Shown: one piece after another, positions 49,588 to 59,638 of the stretch
Position numbering within the stretch: the stretch's first letter is position 1
Layout: every line of letters starts with the position of its first letter
NCBI GenBank assembly: GCA_049418765.1
Contig: JBMSJJ010000003.1
Location: 68,921 to 132,920, forward strand
Length of the DNA stretch: 64,000 nucleotides
Direction: 5' to 3'
From: Rickettsiales bacterium
GTDB taxonomy: Bacteria > Pseudomonadota > Alphaproteobacteria > Rickettsiales > UBA1997
Program-made: the position numbers and the translations under genes
Notes under the pieces: generated by a model
What the model was told of the DNA's origin: nothing
Databases searched by the model: none
Seen by the model: only the letters and a program-made list of their open reading frames with translations

Positions 49588-51225
49588 ATGTTCGATTTAA
49601 ATCAAAAAAAGAAATCTCTGAAGCTGATTTTTTCAATCTAATTAGGGAAAATAAAACAGATGAATTGTCTAAAATTATTGAATCAAATCCTGATTTAATT
49701 GATGCGGTAGATAATGAAACTAAATTGGGGGCAATATTTTTTGCTATTAAATTTAATAAAATTGATTGTTTAAAATTATTATTAGAAATTGAGGATTGCC
49801 TACTCGATTCTAAAAACAACAAAAATCATAATCCAATCTTTTATGCGATTAGCGAAGATAATGCCGAAGCTGTTAAGGCAATATTAGAAATCGATTTAAG
49901 CGAATTAAGTCGAGATCACGAAACTGATAACATTAATCCATTATTATTTGCCGTAAGCAATTCAAAACCAATGAGCCTAGAGGTATTACTAAGTTTTTGC
50001 AAAGATATAGATTTATCCAAGCAACTAAATTCTGAAAATGATAAAAATATTTTTTTTAAAGCCATAAAAAAATATTTTGAATTTGAATATGATAAAATCA
50101 ATCCCAAACCTTTAATCATTTTAAATCAACTCTATAAAAAAATTTTTGATAGCGATACCGAACTTACTGAAAATCAACGCGATAATATCAAGGTTTATTT
50201 TGAAAATTTTATGCTAATAAATTTGTCAGTTATAGGAGATTTGGGAAGTAAAGAAAAATTTTTAAGAAAATTGCTTGTTAAGGAGATTTTTCAATCAGAG
50301 AGCTCAGATAGTTTTTTACAATCACTGCAATCAGAGATAAACCCTATTATTAATAGTATTAAAAACCATTTTTAGCTAAAGATAAGAAGCTTTATATTTT
50401 TGATAGCGACTTAACTGACCACTCATCATTTTTTATTTTTCATACAGATTTAGACAATAAAATTGAGGCCATTTCTTATATTGATGGAAGCCAAGATATA
50501 TCCAATCAAAATTCTGATGGCTATGTATATGGAGCTAAAACTTTTAGATTAAAAGAAAAAATAAATTTTGATCATAATTTACTTGAAGATTTTATGGATC
50601 AGACTAATAGAAAAAATGCTTATTATTTGCGACAAAATCTTTTAAATTTTGAAATTAATGGACAAAAACTCAGTGATTTAACTCAAGAAGAGTCGGTTTT
50701 AACAAGAAATCAGAAATGGGGCAATTGCACCTTTAAATCAAATATGCTTTTGTTAAAATTTTTAGCAGAGAAAAGAATTGGCGATGGCTCACAAGAAATT
50801 ATTGAAAATAAATATAAGGAATTAAAACCCAACTTAAGATTCAAGCTTTTAAAAATTTACATAAATTAAAAAATTCTCTGGATACAGAGAGTGTTTTAGA
50901 TAATTTTTTAGCAAAACAAATTGATGACATACTACTAAAATCTAAGGCCAGATTATTAGAAAAAACTGAAGCAAAAACCTCAGATTATGAATTGAGAATT
51001 TTAAAAGCCATTGATGGATCAACCTCTCCTAGAGTTGGACAAAAAAGAATTATTGCGGATGATTTATCAACGCCAATATCAAAAAAATATTTATATTTAT
51101 TTATGGATTCATTCGATGCGGATAATTTTATATCACCACAAACTGAAATTAAAACTCAAATCGGAGCTGCGCAACATCAGAAATTAATTCAAAACGATCC
51201 AACTTCAACCATTTTAAGATTTTAG
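49588..51225 (+). pseudogene. ankyrin-repeat effector-like gene split over four frames
   Basis: ATG 49588 with stop at 49639-49641. Frame 0 is open 49575-50375, frame 2 is open 50363-50869, and frame 1 is open 50818-51225. The first two junctions coincide with A/T runs; the third overlap (50818-50869) contains A/T runs but is not localised. Confidence 0.55.
49665..50375 (+). CDS. ankyrin-repeat protein (largest intact piece of a split gene)
   Basis: Three ANK-like units (ETKLGAIFFAIKFNKIDCLKLLLE, NHNPIFYAISEDNAEAVKAILE, NINPLLFAVSNSKPMSLEVLLS). The frame is open back to 49575 with ANK-cap-like sequence but no canonical start codon. Confidence 0.65.
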   Translation: MSKIIESNPDLIDAVDNETKLGAIFFAIKFNKIDCLKLLLEIEDCLLDSKNNKNHNPIFYAISEDNAEAVKAILEIDLSELSRDHETDNINPLLFAVSNSKPMSLEVLLSFCKDIDLSKQLNSENDKNIFFKAIKKYFEFEYDKINPKPLIILNQLYKKIFDSDTELTENQRDNIKVYFENFMLINLSVIGDLGSKEKFLRKLLVKEIFQSESSDSFLQSLQSEINPIINSIKNHF

Positions 51226-51314
51226 AAAAAAAAGCAAATATAAGTTAATATTTATTTTTACTTTCTAAAACAAGTCTCTTAATTTAATTTTTTTAAAAAT
51301 TACTCCATCTATTG

Positions 51315-51848
51315 TTATAATTCTCTATGAGAATTATTAGTATTCAAAACTGGATAAACCCTGCAAAGTAAAGGTGTTATGCTAGGATTTGAAAATGTTT
51401 TTGGAAACTCGTCTTGTAAATTCGCAGCCTCCTTATAGATTGGAGAAAAATTTGCCTTAAACGATAGTTTTCCTTTGTCATCAATTTTAACTTCTCTAAT
51501 ATTGCCAAAATAAAAACCCGTCTGTGTATATGATTCTTGATCGACAATGTGCCTCCCAATATCATCAAAAGATTTTTTATATTGAAGATATATTGGCGAA
51601 TCTTTTCCGCTACATTTCTCAATTAATTCAAGTTTTTTTGTCATTAATTCACTATATTCAGATGATTCAAAAAATTTTTTTGCCTCAATTTTAATATCAT
51701 CCTTTTCAATACCAAATAATTTAGAAAATTCCTTATATGGTATTATTGGTAATGACATTGAATCTACATCTATAACTGTTATCTGATTATTTAATATAAC
51801 TATATTATTTGGATTATAAATAAGGTCAGTGATCCCAACTCCAAGCAT
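51315..51848 (-). CDS. hypothetical protein
   Basis: 177-aa ORF overlapping the 3' end of the upstream ORF by 23 nt. No family recognised. Confidence 0.45.
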   Translation of the reverse strand: MLGVGITDLIYNPNNIVILNNQITVIDVDSMSLPIIPYKEFSKLFGIEKDDIKIEAKKFFESSEYSELMTKKLELIEKCSGKDSPIYLQYKKSFDDIGRHIVDQESYTQTGFYFGNIREVKIDDKGKLSFKANFSPIYKEAANLQDEFPKTFSNPSITPLLCRVYPVLNTNNSHREL

Positions 51849-52275
51849 CGAAGCCTTTCTTTAAAAAACTTTGCCAGTTTTCTTCAACATAACCATATCT
51901 TTGATATTTACCTAAAATCTCAACATTTTGCTCTTCTCGCATTTGACCAACAATATCTGTTAAATATTCATCTGGATTCGAGCCATCAGGCTTAATTTTG
52001 ACAACTATTTTTTCTAACTCTGGAACATTTTCACTTACTAAGCCAAATTTTCTTAAAATATCATCATGAACCCATGCCACCTCTCCTCCCGTTGCCTTTG
52101 TTACTTTACCATTACATATTTTTGAATCCCTAATTTCGTTTCCAGAAAAAATGCAATCGTTAGACCTTAAAATTTCATTAGCGGGAGATGTGTGTTTTTT
52201 ATCGGCAACTATCAAACCCGCTAAAGATGTTGATGCTAAAAGCAAATAATATATGTTTTTGGCAAGATATGGCAT
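51826..52275 (-). CDS. hypothetical secreted protein
   Basis: 149 aa with a signal-peptide-like N-terminus (NIYYLLLASTSLAGLIVA). No family recognised. Confidence 0.5.
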   Translation of the reverse strand: MPYLAKNIYYLLLASTSLAGLIVADKKHTSPANEILRSNDCIFSGNEIRDSKICNGKVTKATGGEVAWVHDDILRKFGLVSENVPELEKIVVKIKPDGSNPDEYLTDIVGQMREEQNVEILGKYQRYGYVEENWQSFLKKGFDAWSWDH

Positions 52276-52334
52276 AATTTTAACTTATATTTATCAATTT
52301 TTTATTTAATTTTTATAATAAAATAAATATCTCT

Positions 52335-55154
52335 TTAATTTTGTGGTGATGAAATTTGTTCAGAATTATCATCGGTTGTTTCTTCGCCAGTTTCCGCTTC
52401 ATCGACATCTTTATTGCCGGTATGAGCTATTCTAGCCACAGAAACCACAGTTTCGTCTTTAGTTTTAATTAAGGTTACCCCTTGGGTATTGCGACCACTA
52501 ATACGAACGGTACCTATTTCGGTGCGAATTAAAGTGCCCTTGTCGGTGATAATCATCACTTGATCCTTGCTTTCAACTGGGAAACTTGCCACAACCAATC
52601 CATTTCGTTTTGAGGTAATGATATTGGTTATACCAGATCCACCTCGATTTGTAATGCGATATTCGTAGGCCGAAGAGCGTTTTCCAAAACCATTTGCGGT
52701 GATGGTTAAAATAAATTCTTCATCAACTGCCATTTTTTCAATGGTTTTTTGATCAAGCTCTGCCCCTTTAATTTGTGGAATTTCCATAGGCTGAGCCAAT
52801 AAATCTTCTGGCGGATTTTCGGCAAGCATTTTGTTATAAATCAAAGCATCACGCAATGCTAGTCTTTGATCTAAATCGATTTTTAAATATTTATCTTTAA
52901 TTTCAGAATCTTCTTTGGCATGTTTAATGATTGACAAAGCAATAACTTTATTGCCTGCATCCAATTTAATTCCTCGCACACCTGTTGAATTACGGCTTTG
53001 GAATACGCGAAGCTTTTCAACTGGGAAGCGAATGCATTTGCCATCTTTGGTTGAAAGTAAAATATCATCTTTTTCAGAGCATAGAGCCACTCCAACAAGG
53101 GCTTCATCGCCCTCGAGTTTCATGGCAATTTTGCCACTCGAACGAATATCAACGAATTGATCCATTGAATTACGACGGATATCGCCATTTGAAGTAGCAA
53201 AAACAATACTTAAATCTTTCCAGCTTTCTTCATTTTCAGGCAATGCTAAAATAGTGCTGATTTTTTCATCACCTTCAAGTGGAAGTAAATTTACTAAAGC
53301 ACGACCACGAGCTTGCGGTGTTCCAAGTGGAAGCTTATAAGTCTTAAGCTTATAACACTTACCTTTGCTAGAAAAGAATAAAATTGGGGTGTGAGTATTA
53401 GTAGCAAAAATATCGGTAGCGATATCTTCTTCACGCACATCCATAGCACTTCGACCCTTACCGCCTCGGCGTTGAGTTCGATATGAAGACAAGGCAACCC
53501 TTTTAATATAGCCATTCATAGTGGCAACTACCACCATCTCTTCTTTTGGAATTAAATCCTCAATGTCCACTTCAAATTCAGAATCTTCAATGGTTGATTT
53601 ACGAGGTGTTGCAAATTCATCTTTAATGGCGATTAATTCTTTTTTAACCAATGCCATCATTTTTAATTTATCCGACAATAATTCAAGATAGCCAGAAATT
53701 TCATTTGCTAAAGCCTTAAGCTCATCGGTGATTTTTTCCATTTCTAAGCCCGTTAATCTTGCAAGCCTCATTTCAAGTATTGCTCTAGCTTGAGCCTCGG
53801 TGAAATAAAATTTACCATCTTTGATAACATTGCCCTTATCTTGAACCAATTTAATCATGGCTTCAACTATGCCTGCAGGCCAACTGCGAGCAAGAAGTTT
53901 TTCACGGGCTTCGTTAACATCTTTTGATTTTTTGATTAAATCGACAATCTCATCAATATTGGCAACGGCGACAGCCAAGCCAATTAAAATATGGGATTTA
54001 TCTCTTGCCTTATTTAATAAAAAATTGGTTCTTCTAGTGGTAACATTAAAACGGAAATCGACGAAAACCCTAATTACCTCAAGCAAATTCATTAATTTTG
54101 GCTGTCCGTAATTTAAGGCAAGCATATTAACGCTAAAATTACATTGTAATTCGGTGAAGCTGTAAAGCTGATTAATAATTACCTCTTCCATCGCATCTTT
54201 ACGCAATTCAATCACAACCCTAATGCCATCGCGGTCAGATTCGTCTCGCAAATCAGTAATGCCTTCAATCTTTTTTTCTTTTACCAATTCGGCAATTTTT
54301 TCAACTAATTTTGCCTTATTAACTTGATAAGGAATTTCGGTAATAACAATTGAATTTTTGCCCCCTGATTTTTTTTCGATATTATGGCGTCCCCTCATTA
54401 CAACCGAACCTCTACCCGTGCGAGATGCCGAATCGTGACCCGAACGTCCTAAAATTATACCGCCAGTAGGAAAATCGGGTCCAGGAATGATTTTGATAAG
54501 CTCATCAACCGTGACTTCGTTATTATCGATAAATGCCAAACAGCCATCGATCATTTCGCCTAAATTATGTGGCGGAATATTTGTTGCCATTCCAACCGCA
54601 ATTCCACCCGAACCATTAACCAATAAATTTGGAAAGCGAGCTGGCAAAACCTTTGGCTCTTTTTCGTTGCCATCATAATTTGGCACAAAATCAACAGTGT
54701 CTTTATCAAGATCATCAAGCATTGTGTGCGAAATCTTTTCAAGCCTAGACTCAGTATAACGCATGGCCGCAGGAGGATCATCATCAATCGAACCAAAATT
54801 TCCTTGGCCATCAATTAGTGGCACTCTCATTGAGAAATCTTGCGCCATTCTAACCAAAGATTCATAGATCGCCGAATCGCCATGTGGGTGATATTTACCC
54901 ATAACTTCACCGACAATTCTAGCAGATTTTTTAAATGGCTTATTATAATCATAGCTACCCTCATGCATTGCATATAAAATGCGTCTATGCACAGGTTTTA
55001 AGCCATCGCAAGCATCGGGAATGGCGCGTGAAACTATGACGCTCATGGCATAATCAAGGTAAGATTTACGCATTTCGCCAACTAGCGAAACTGGCTGAAT
55101 ATCTTTGCCAGTAGCAGGCACAATAATATTTGGTATGTTGTTGTCGTTTGTCAT
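52335..55154 (-). CDS. gyrA: DNA gyrase subunit A
   Basis: 939 aa. [19 protein letters not shown] (catalytic Tyr), [11 protein letters not shown] (QRDR), C-terminal beta-pinwheel repeats and an acidic tail. Confidence 0.97.
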   Translation of the reverse strand: MTNDNNIPNIIVPATGKDIQPVSLVGEMRKSYLDYAMSVIVSRAIPDACDGLKPVHRRILYAMHEGSYDYNKPFKKSARIVGEVMGKYHPHGDSAIYESLVRMAQDFSMRVPLIDGQGNFGSIDDDPPAAMRYTESRLEKISHTMLDDLDKDTVDFVPNYDGNEKEPKVLPARFPNLLVNGSGGIAVGMATNIPPHNLGEMIDGCLAFIDNNEVTVDELIKIIPGPDFPTGGIILGRSGHDSASRTGRGSVVMRGRHNIEKKSGGKNSIVITEIPYQVNKAKLVEKIAELVKEKKIEGITDLRDESDRDGIRVVIELRKDAMEEVIINQLYSFTELQCNFSVNMLALNYGQPKLMNLLEVIRVFVDFRFNVTTRRTNFLLNKARDKSHILIGLAVAVANIDEIVDLIKKSKDVNEAREKLLARSWPAGIVEAMIKLVQDKGNVIKDGKFYFTEAQARAILEMRLARLTGLEMEKITDELKALANEISGYLELLSDKLKMMALVKKELIAIKDEFATPRKSTIEDSEFEVDIEDLIPKEEMVVVATMNGYIKRVALSSYRTQRRGGKGRSAMDVREEDIATDIFATNTHTPILFFSSKGKCYKLKTYKLPLGTPQARGRALVNLLPLEGDEKISTILALPENEESWKDLSIVFATSNGDIRRNSMDQFVDIRSSGKIAMKLEGDEALVGVALCSEKDDILLSTKDGKCIRFPVEKLRVFQSRNSTGVRGIKLDAGNKVIALSIIKHAKEDSEIKDKYLKIDLDQRLALRDALIYNKMLAENPPEDLLAQPMEIPQIKGAELDQKTIEKMAVDEEFILTITANGFGKRSSAYEYRITNRGGSGITNIITSKRNGLVVASFPVESKDQVMIITDKGTLIRTEIGTVRISGRNTQGVTLIKTKDETVVSVARIAHTGNKDVDEAETGEETTDDNSEQISSPQN

Positions 55155-55372
55155 TATAAATTTGGTGAGTATTGAACGATAATTTATCGCTTAAAATTAA
55201 TTAATGATGATAACTTAACTTGCTCTTAAGTTCAAGTAAAAATTTTAAAATAAGACCATAAATATAAATTATTTTTTATAAAAAAATACAGAATTAATAA
55301 ATTATTTGTCAAATGTTATAAATTTATATAGATTTTTAGAATTTGTAGTAAAATTTTTAAAAAAATCAAATT

Positions 55373-56401
55373 ATGCTAGAAATTACTCCTGATAACACCG
55401 TACAAAGCTCTTCCCTAAAAATTGACAAACAAATTTCTGAATTAAAAAAATTAACAAAGACAATAAAAGAGACATTTCAGGCTCGCATTTTTTTAAATTA
55501 AATCAACTAATCTTGGCCAGCGACTTAAATTGCGAAGAGATAAATCAAGCAATGATTGATTATTTTAAAGAAACCGAAATTCTCAATGAAGCCGACAAAA
55601 AATTACTAAAAATAATGCTTTTTAATTATTGGGTACCACCCCAAGATTTTCCTGATTTTGAATTTGAATATTCCAAAAATCAATTTTATGGAACATCAAA
55701 TATTAAAGTAGCAAATTATAAGAAATTAAAAAATCCAGAAAATCTTTATGGATTTAAAATTTCAGTTGAAGAAATTTTGAGTTATAATGAAATTTTTAAA
55801 GCACAACAAAAATATCTCAAGTCCGGAAGATTCTTATAAAATTTCCTTAAATTCCGATGAGTTTTGCTTTCTTTCCTCTTTTGGCTTAGTTAGGTTTTTT
55901 GATGCAATTAAATTTTCGCAATCTTCAATGGTCGATGAATCATTATTTAAAAATCAACAATTCCGTAACTTTCTCGACGAAATCAATCGTGATTATGTTC
56001 TAATGCAAAATCAAAATAATAAGGATTTGTTAGAATCCACAATGAATGGCTCACTTACAATTAAATATTTATTAACCGATCAGGAATTAAAAAGTTCTTT
56101 TGAAATTACTCGAATATCGCTTTCAAATTACACCCCTAGAACATCGCAAGATATATCAACGAGGGCACATGAAACTATTTTTTTAACACCTAGTGGAGTA
56201 TTTTTAGAAAATCAACAACCGCAAAATTTATGCGATAATTTAAAAAGTTTATACACATCATGCTTGGCATTTTTTGGATGTATTTCGGCATTGAAAACGC
56301 ATGAAATAAAAAGTGACGATCATTCTTTTCACCCCAGAAATATTGTCTCCTCAGCAATCTATGTTCCTGCGAATTATTCAAGAGATTTGGCGATAGATTA
56401 A
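55373..56401 (+). pseudogene. lineage-specific gene split over three frames
   Basis: ATG 55373 gives 42 codons and stops at 55499-55501. The adjacent frame is open through the T7 run (55488-55494) into ORF 55513..55839. The third piece, 55787..56401, returns to the first frame, with a junction window of 55781-55839. Confidence 0.5.
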
Positions 56402-56405
56402 ATAT

Positions 56406-57308
56406 TTACAATGTTGCAATAGCATCAACAATATTAACAAATTTAAAATCATATCCGTTTTCCTGAGCCTTTTGCGGAGCAATTTTTTGCGAGGATAAGA
56501 GCAATTCTTCGCCCATTTGGCCAAAAATAGTTTTTACTACGAATTTTGGCATATGAAAAAAACATGGTCGATTAAATTTTTTCGCCAAAACCCCAGAAAA
56601 TTCTGCATTCGAGCACGGATTTGGCGAAGAAAGATTAATGGCACCTTTGATGGTGGCGTTATTAATTATCAAATTAATAATTCCAATTACATCATCTAAA
56701 TGAATCCAGCTCATAATTTGCTTACCATCGCCAATATTACCACCCAAACCCATTTTAAATGGCGGAGTCAATTTTTTAATAATACCACCACCCTGCCCGA
56801 TTACAACTGAAGTTCGAAGCAAAACAATGCGAGTTAAATCTGAAACTCTCTGCGTTTCAGCTTCCCAAGCCTTGCAAAGATTTTGTGAAAATAAATTTTG
56901 AGTGGTTGGCGAAGAATTTTCACTGAAAATTGTGGCTTCAGAAGTTCCGTAAAAACCAATTGCCGAACCACTAATAAAAAGCTTAGGCGGGGTTTTGGTT
57001 GTGGAAATTTTATCAACAATTTTTTTGGTGGTATTAATACGACTTTCATAAATTTCTTGACGATTTCTTGTGTTCCAATTCACTGAAATCGGCGCTCCCG
57101 CCAAATTGATAATAATGTCAAAATCAAATTCCAAATCAACAAAATCATTGATATAATGCAAATTTTTATTTTCAGATTTTAAATTTTTCTTTCGAGTCAA
57201 CGCAAAAATTTGATGACCATCTTGTAATAATTCATCGACTAATCTTTTACCGATAAAACCAGTAGCACCAGTGATTAAAAATTTGCATTTTTGTTGTAAA
57301 AGTTTCAT
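56406..57308 (-). CDS. TIGR01777/YfcH-type NAD-dependent epimerase family protein (with DUF1731-like C-terminus)
   Basis: ITGATGFIGKRLVDEL Rossmann motif. The ~300 aa length and C-terminal pattern are typical of the SDR39U1/YfcH family. Confidence 0.85.
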   Translation of the reverse strand: MKLLQQKCKFLITGATGFIGKRLVDELLQDGHQIFALTRKKNLKSENKNLHYINDFVDLEFDFDIIINLAGAPISVNWNTRNRQEIYESRINTTKKIVDKISTTKTPPKLFISGSAIGFYGTSEATIFSENSSPTTQNLFSQNLCKAWEAETQRVSDLTRIVLLRTSVVIGQGGGIIKKLTPPFKMGLGGNIGDGKQIMSWIHLDDVIGIINLIINNATIKGAINLSSPNPCSNAEFSGVLAKKFNRPCFFHMPKFVVKTIFGQMGEELLLSSQKIAPQKAQENGYDFKFVNIVDAIATL

Positions 57309-57335
57309 TATATTAAAAAAATTAAATTTAAAATT

Positions 57336-58070
57336 ATGGCAAATTATCTTATACTGTCCGCATCTAGCGAAATTGGCGAATTAACAGCTAAAAATTTAGT
57401 TGAAAATAATCATAAAATTTTTATCACCGCCAGAAATTCCGACAAATTAGAGTCTCTCAAATCTAAATTTAATTGCAACGGAAATCTTCTTGATTGCTCA
57501 AATTTCAGTGAAGTTGACAAAACTTTTGAACAAGCAATCCAAGAGCTTGGCACTATTGATGGCGTCGCCTGCTTTGCCGGTTCTGTTTTACTTAAACCCG
57601 CTCACCTCACCAGTTTTGAAGAATACCAACATACAATGAATTCAAATATTGCACCCGCCTTTGCCTGCGTTCGAAGCGCTGGTAAATATTTCAAAAATGG
57701 CGGTAGTGTAGTTTTATTGGCGTCAGCAGTTGCGATGCATGGACTTGCCAATCACGAAGCTATTGCCAGTGCTAAAGGTGCAATTGTTGCCCTTGCCAAA
57801 TCGGCTTCATCAAGCTATGCTTTAAAAAATATTCGCTTTAATGTTGTGGCTCCGGGGTTAACGCAAACAAAATTAACTCAAAAAATTACCGAAAACGAAA
57901 CTAGCTTAAATTACTCCAAGGCAATGCATGCTCTGGCTCGCATCGGCAAGGCTCAAGATGTTGCCAATGCAGTAAATTTTTTACTCGATACCAACAATGA
58001 TTTTATCACTGGACAGGTCTTGGCGGTTGACGGTGGACTTAGCTCGGTAATGCCAAAAATAAAAATTTAA
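57336..58070 (+). CDS. short-chain dehydrogenase/reductase family protein, atypical active site
   Basis: SDR layout (RFNVVAPGL, ITGQVLAVDGG). The expected YxxxK reads IASAK and the Gly motif reads SASSEIG. Confidence 0.75.
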   Translation: MANYLILSASSEIGELTAKNLVENNHKIFITARNSDKLESLKSKFNCNGNLLDCSNFSEVDKTFEQAIQELGTIDGVACFAGSVLLKPAHLTSFEEYQHTMNSNIAPAFACVRSAGKYFKNGGSVVLLASAVAMHGLANHEAIASAKGAIVALAKSASSSYALKNIRFNVVAPGLTQTKLTQKITENETSLNYSKAMHALARIGKAQDVANAVNFLLDTNNDFITGQVLAVDGGLSSVMPKIKI

Positions 58071-58071
58071 T

Positions 58072-59631
58072 ATGCGTAATTTAATTTATATCTTGGGTGA
58101 TCAATTAAATTTAAATATTTCTTCCTTACAAAATTTTGACAAAAAACATGATGCCATTTTAATGACCGAAATTTGGGACGAAACCAATTATGTCAAGCAT
58201 CACAAAAAGAAATTAGTTTTGATTTTATCAGCAATGCGTGAATTTGCTGATTTACTTCGTCAAAATAATTTTAAAGTTTTTTACAAAAAATTAGATGATA
58301 CCAACAATTTGGGTAGCTTTGATAAAGAGCTTGAATATTTTATCGACAAACAAAAACCGCAAAAAATTATCGTCACCGAACCTTCAGAATATAGGGTTTT
58401 GCAAATTTTTAATAATTATTTTTCCAGAAAGAAAATTAATTATGAAATTCGCAATGATGAAAGATTTATATGCTCACACCATGAATTTGCTAGCTATGCC
58501 AAAGATAAAAAAAATTTACTACTCGAAAATTTTTACCATTTAATGCGTCAAAAAACTAAAATTTTGATGGAAGAAAATAAAAATACCAAAAAAAATTCTG
58601 GCACTTTAAAACCAGTTGGCGGTAAATGGAATTACGATAAAGAAAATCGCGGAACCATGCCAAATGATGTTCGCCAGCCAAAGATTCAACATATTAAAAT
58701 TAACAAAAATACCCAAGATGTAATTGATTTAGTCAAAAATAATTTTGCAAAAAATTTTGGTTCACTTGAAAATTTTAACTTGGCAACCAATCATTTAGAG
58801 GCCGAAAATCAATTTGCAGATTTTATTAAAAATCGTTTAATTAATTTTGGAATTTATCAAGACGCCATGCGTGAAGATGTTGATTTTGGCTTTCATAGCG
58901 TGATTTCAATGTATATCAATATTGGCTTGCTTGACCCACTTGATTGCGCTAAAAAAGTTGAGGCTGAATATCATCTAGGAAATTGCGATATTGCGAGTGC
59001 CGAAGGATTTATTCGCCAAATTATTGGCTGGAGAGAATATATTCGCGGAATCTATTGGCACTTTATGCCAAAATACGCAAAATTAAATTATTTCAATCAC
59101 AAAAGAAACTTACCAGAATTTTATTGGAACGAAGACGAAACTGCAATGAATTGCTTGAAAACCGCCATCAAACACACTCGACTTCACGCATACAGCCATC
59201 ATATTCAACGCCTAATGATTACAGGCAATTTTGCTCTTCTTGCAGAAATCGACCCAGATCAAGTTGAGGAGTGGTATTTGGCGGTTTACGCCGATGCTTT
59301 TGAATGGGTAGAAATGCCAAATACTCGAGGCATGGCGCTATTTGCCGATGGGGGAATTGTTGCTTCAAAACCTTATTGCTCGAGTGGAAATTATATTAAC
59401 AAAATGTCAAATTTTTGCAAAAACTGTCAATATGATGTCAAATTAACAACTGGTGACAAGGCCTGCCCTTTTAATTATTTATACTGGAATTTTTTAATCA
59501 AAAACCAAGAATTACTAAAAAATAATGGTCGGCTTTTTTATCCATATGCTAATTTAAAACGCAAAACCGAAAAGGAAATATTGGCAATTAAAGAATCGGC
59601 ACAAAAATTTTTTAAGAAAATAAAAATTTAA
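58072..59631 (+). CDS. cryptochrome/photolyase family protein of the FeS-BCP (CryB/PhrB-like, COG3046) type
   Basis: 519 aa. N-terminus LIYILGDQLN. The C-terminal Cys cluster YCSSGNYINKMSNFCKNCQYD...ACPFNYLYWNF is consistent with a 4Fe-4S site. Confidence 0.85.
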   Translation: MRNLIYILGDQLNLNISSLQNFDKKHDAILMTEIWDETNYVKHHKKKLVLILSAMREFADLLRQNNFKVFYKKLDDTNNLGSFDKELEYFIDKQKPQKIIVTEPSEYRVLQIFNNYFSRKKINYEIRNDERFICSHHEFASYAKDKKNLLLENFYHLMRQKTKILMEENKNTKKNSGTLKPVGGKWNYDKENRGTMPNDVRQPKIQHIKINKNTQDVIDLVKNNFAKNFGSLENFNLATNHLEAENQFADFIKNRLINFGIYQDAMREDVDFGFHSVISMYINIGLLDPLDCAKKVEAEYHLGNCDIASAEGFIRQIIGWREYIRGIYWHFMPKYAKLNYFNHKRNLPEFYWNEDETAMNCLKTAIKHTRLHAYSHHIQRLMITGNFALLAEIDPDQVEEWYLAVYADAFEWVEMPNTRGMALFADGGIVASKPYCSSGNYINKMSNFCKNCQYDVKLTTGDKACPFNYLYWNFLIKNQELLKNNGRLFYPYANLKRKTEKEILAIKESAQKFFKKIKI

Positions 59632-59638
59632 TTTTGAT

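Noticed and set aside
50594-50869. Papain-like cysteine protease nucleophile in NQKWGNCTFKS
   Set aside because: This is only a Q-x3-G-x-C resemblance. No His/Asn partners are found in the expected order, and the fragment lies in a frameshifted gene. It is unsupported without profile or structure searches.
51315-51848. Kinase/aminoglycoside-phosphotransferase-like catalytic loop in ITDLIYNPNNIVILNNQITVIDVD
   Set aside because: The Asp-to-Asn spacing does not match HxDxxxxN, and no Gly-rich loop or catalytic Lys can be identified upstream. The resemblance is too weak to call.
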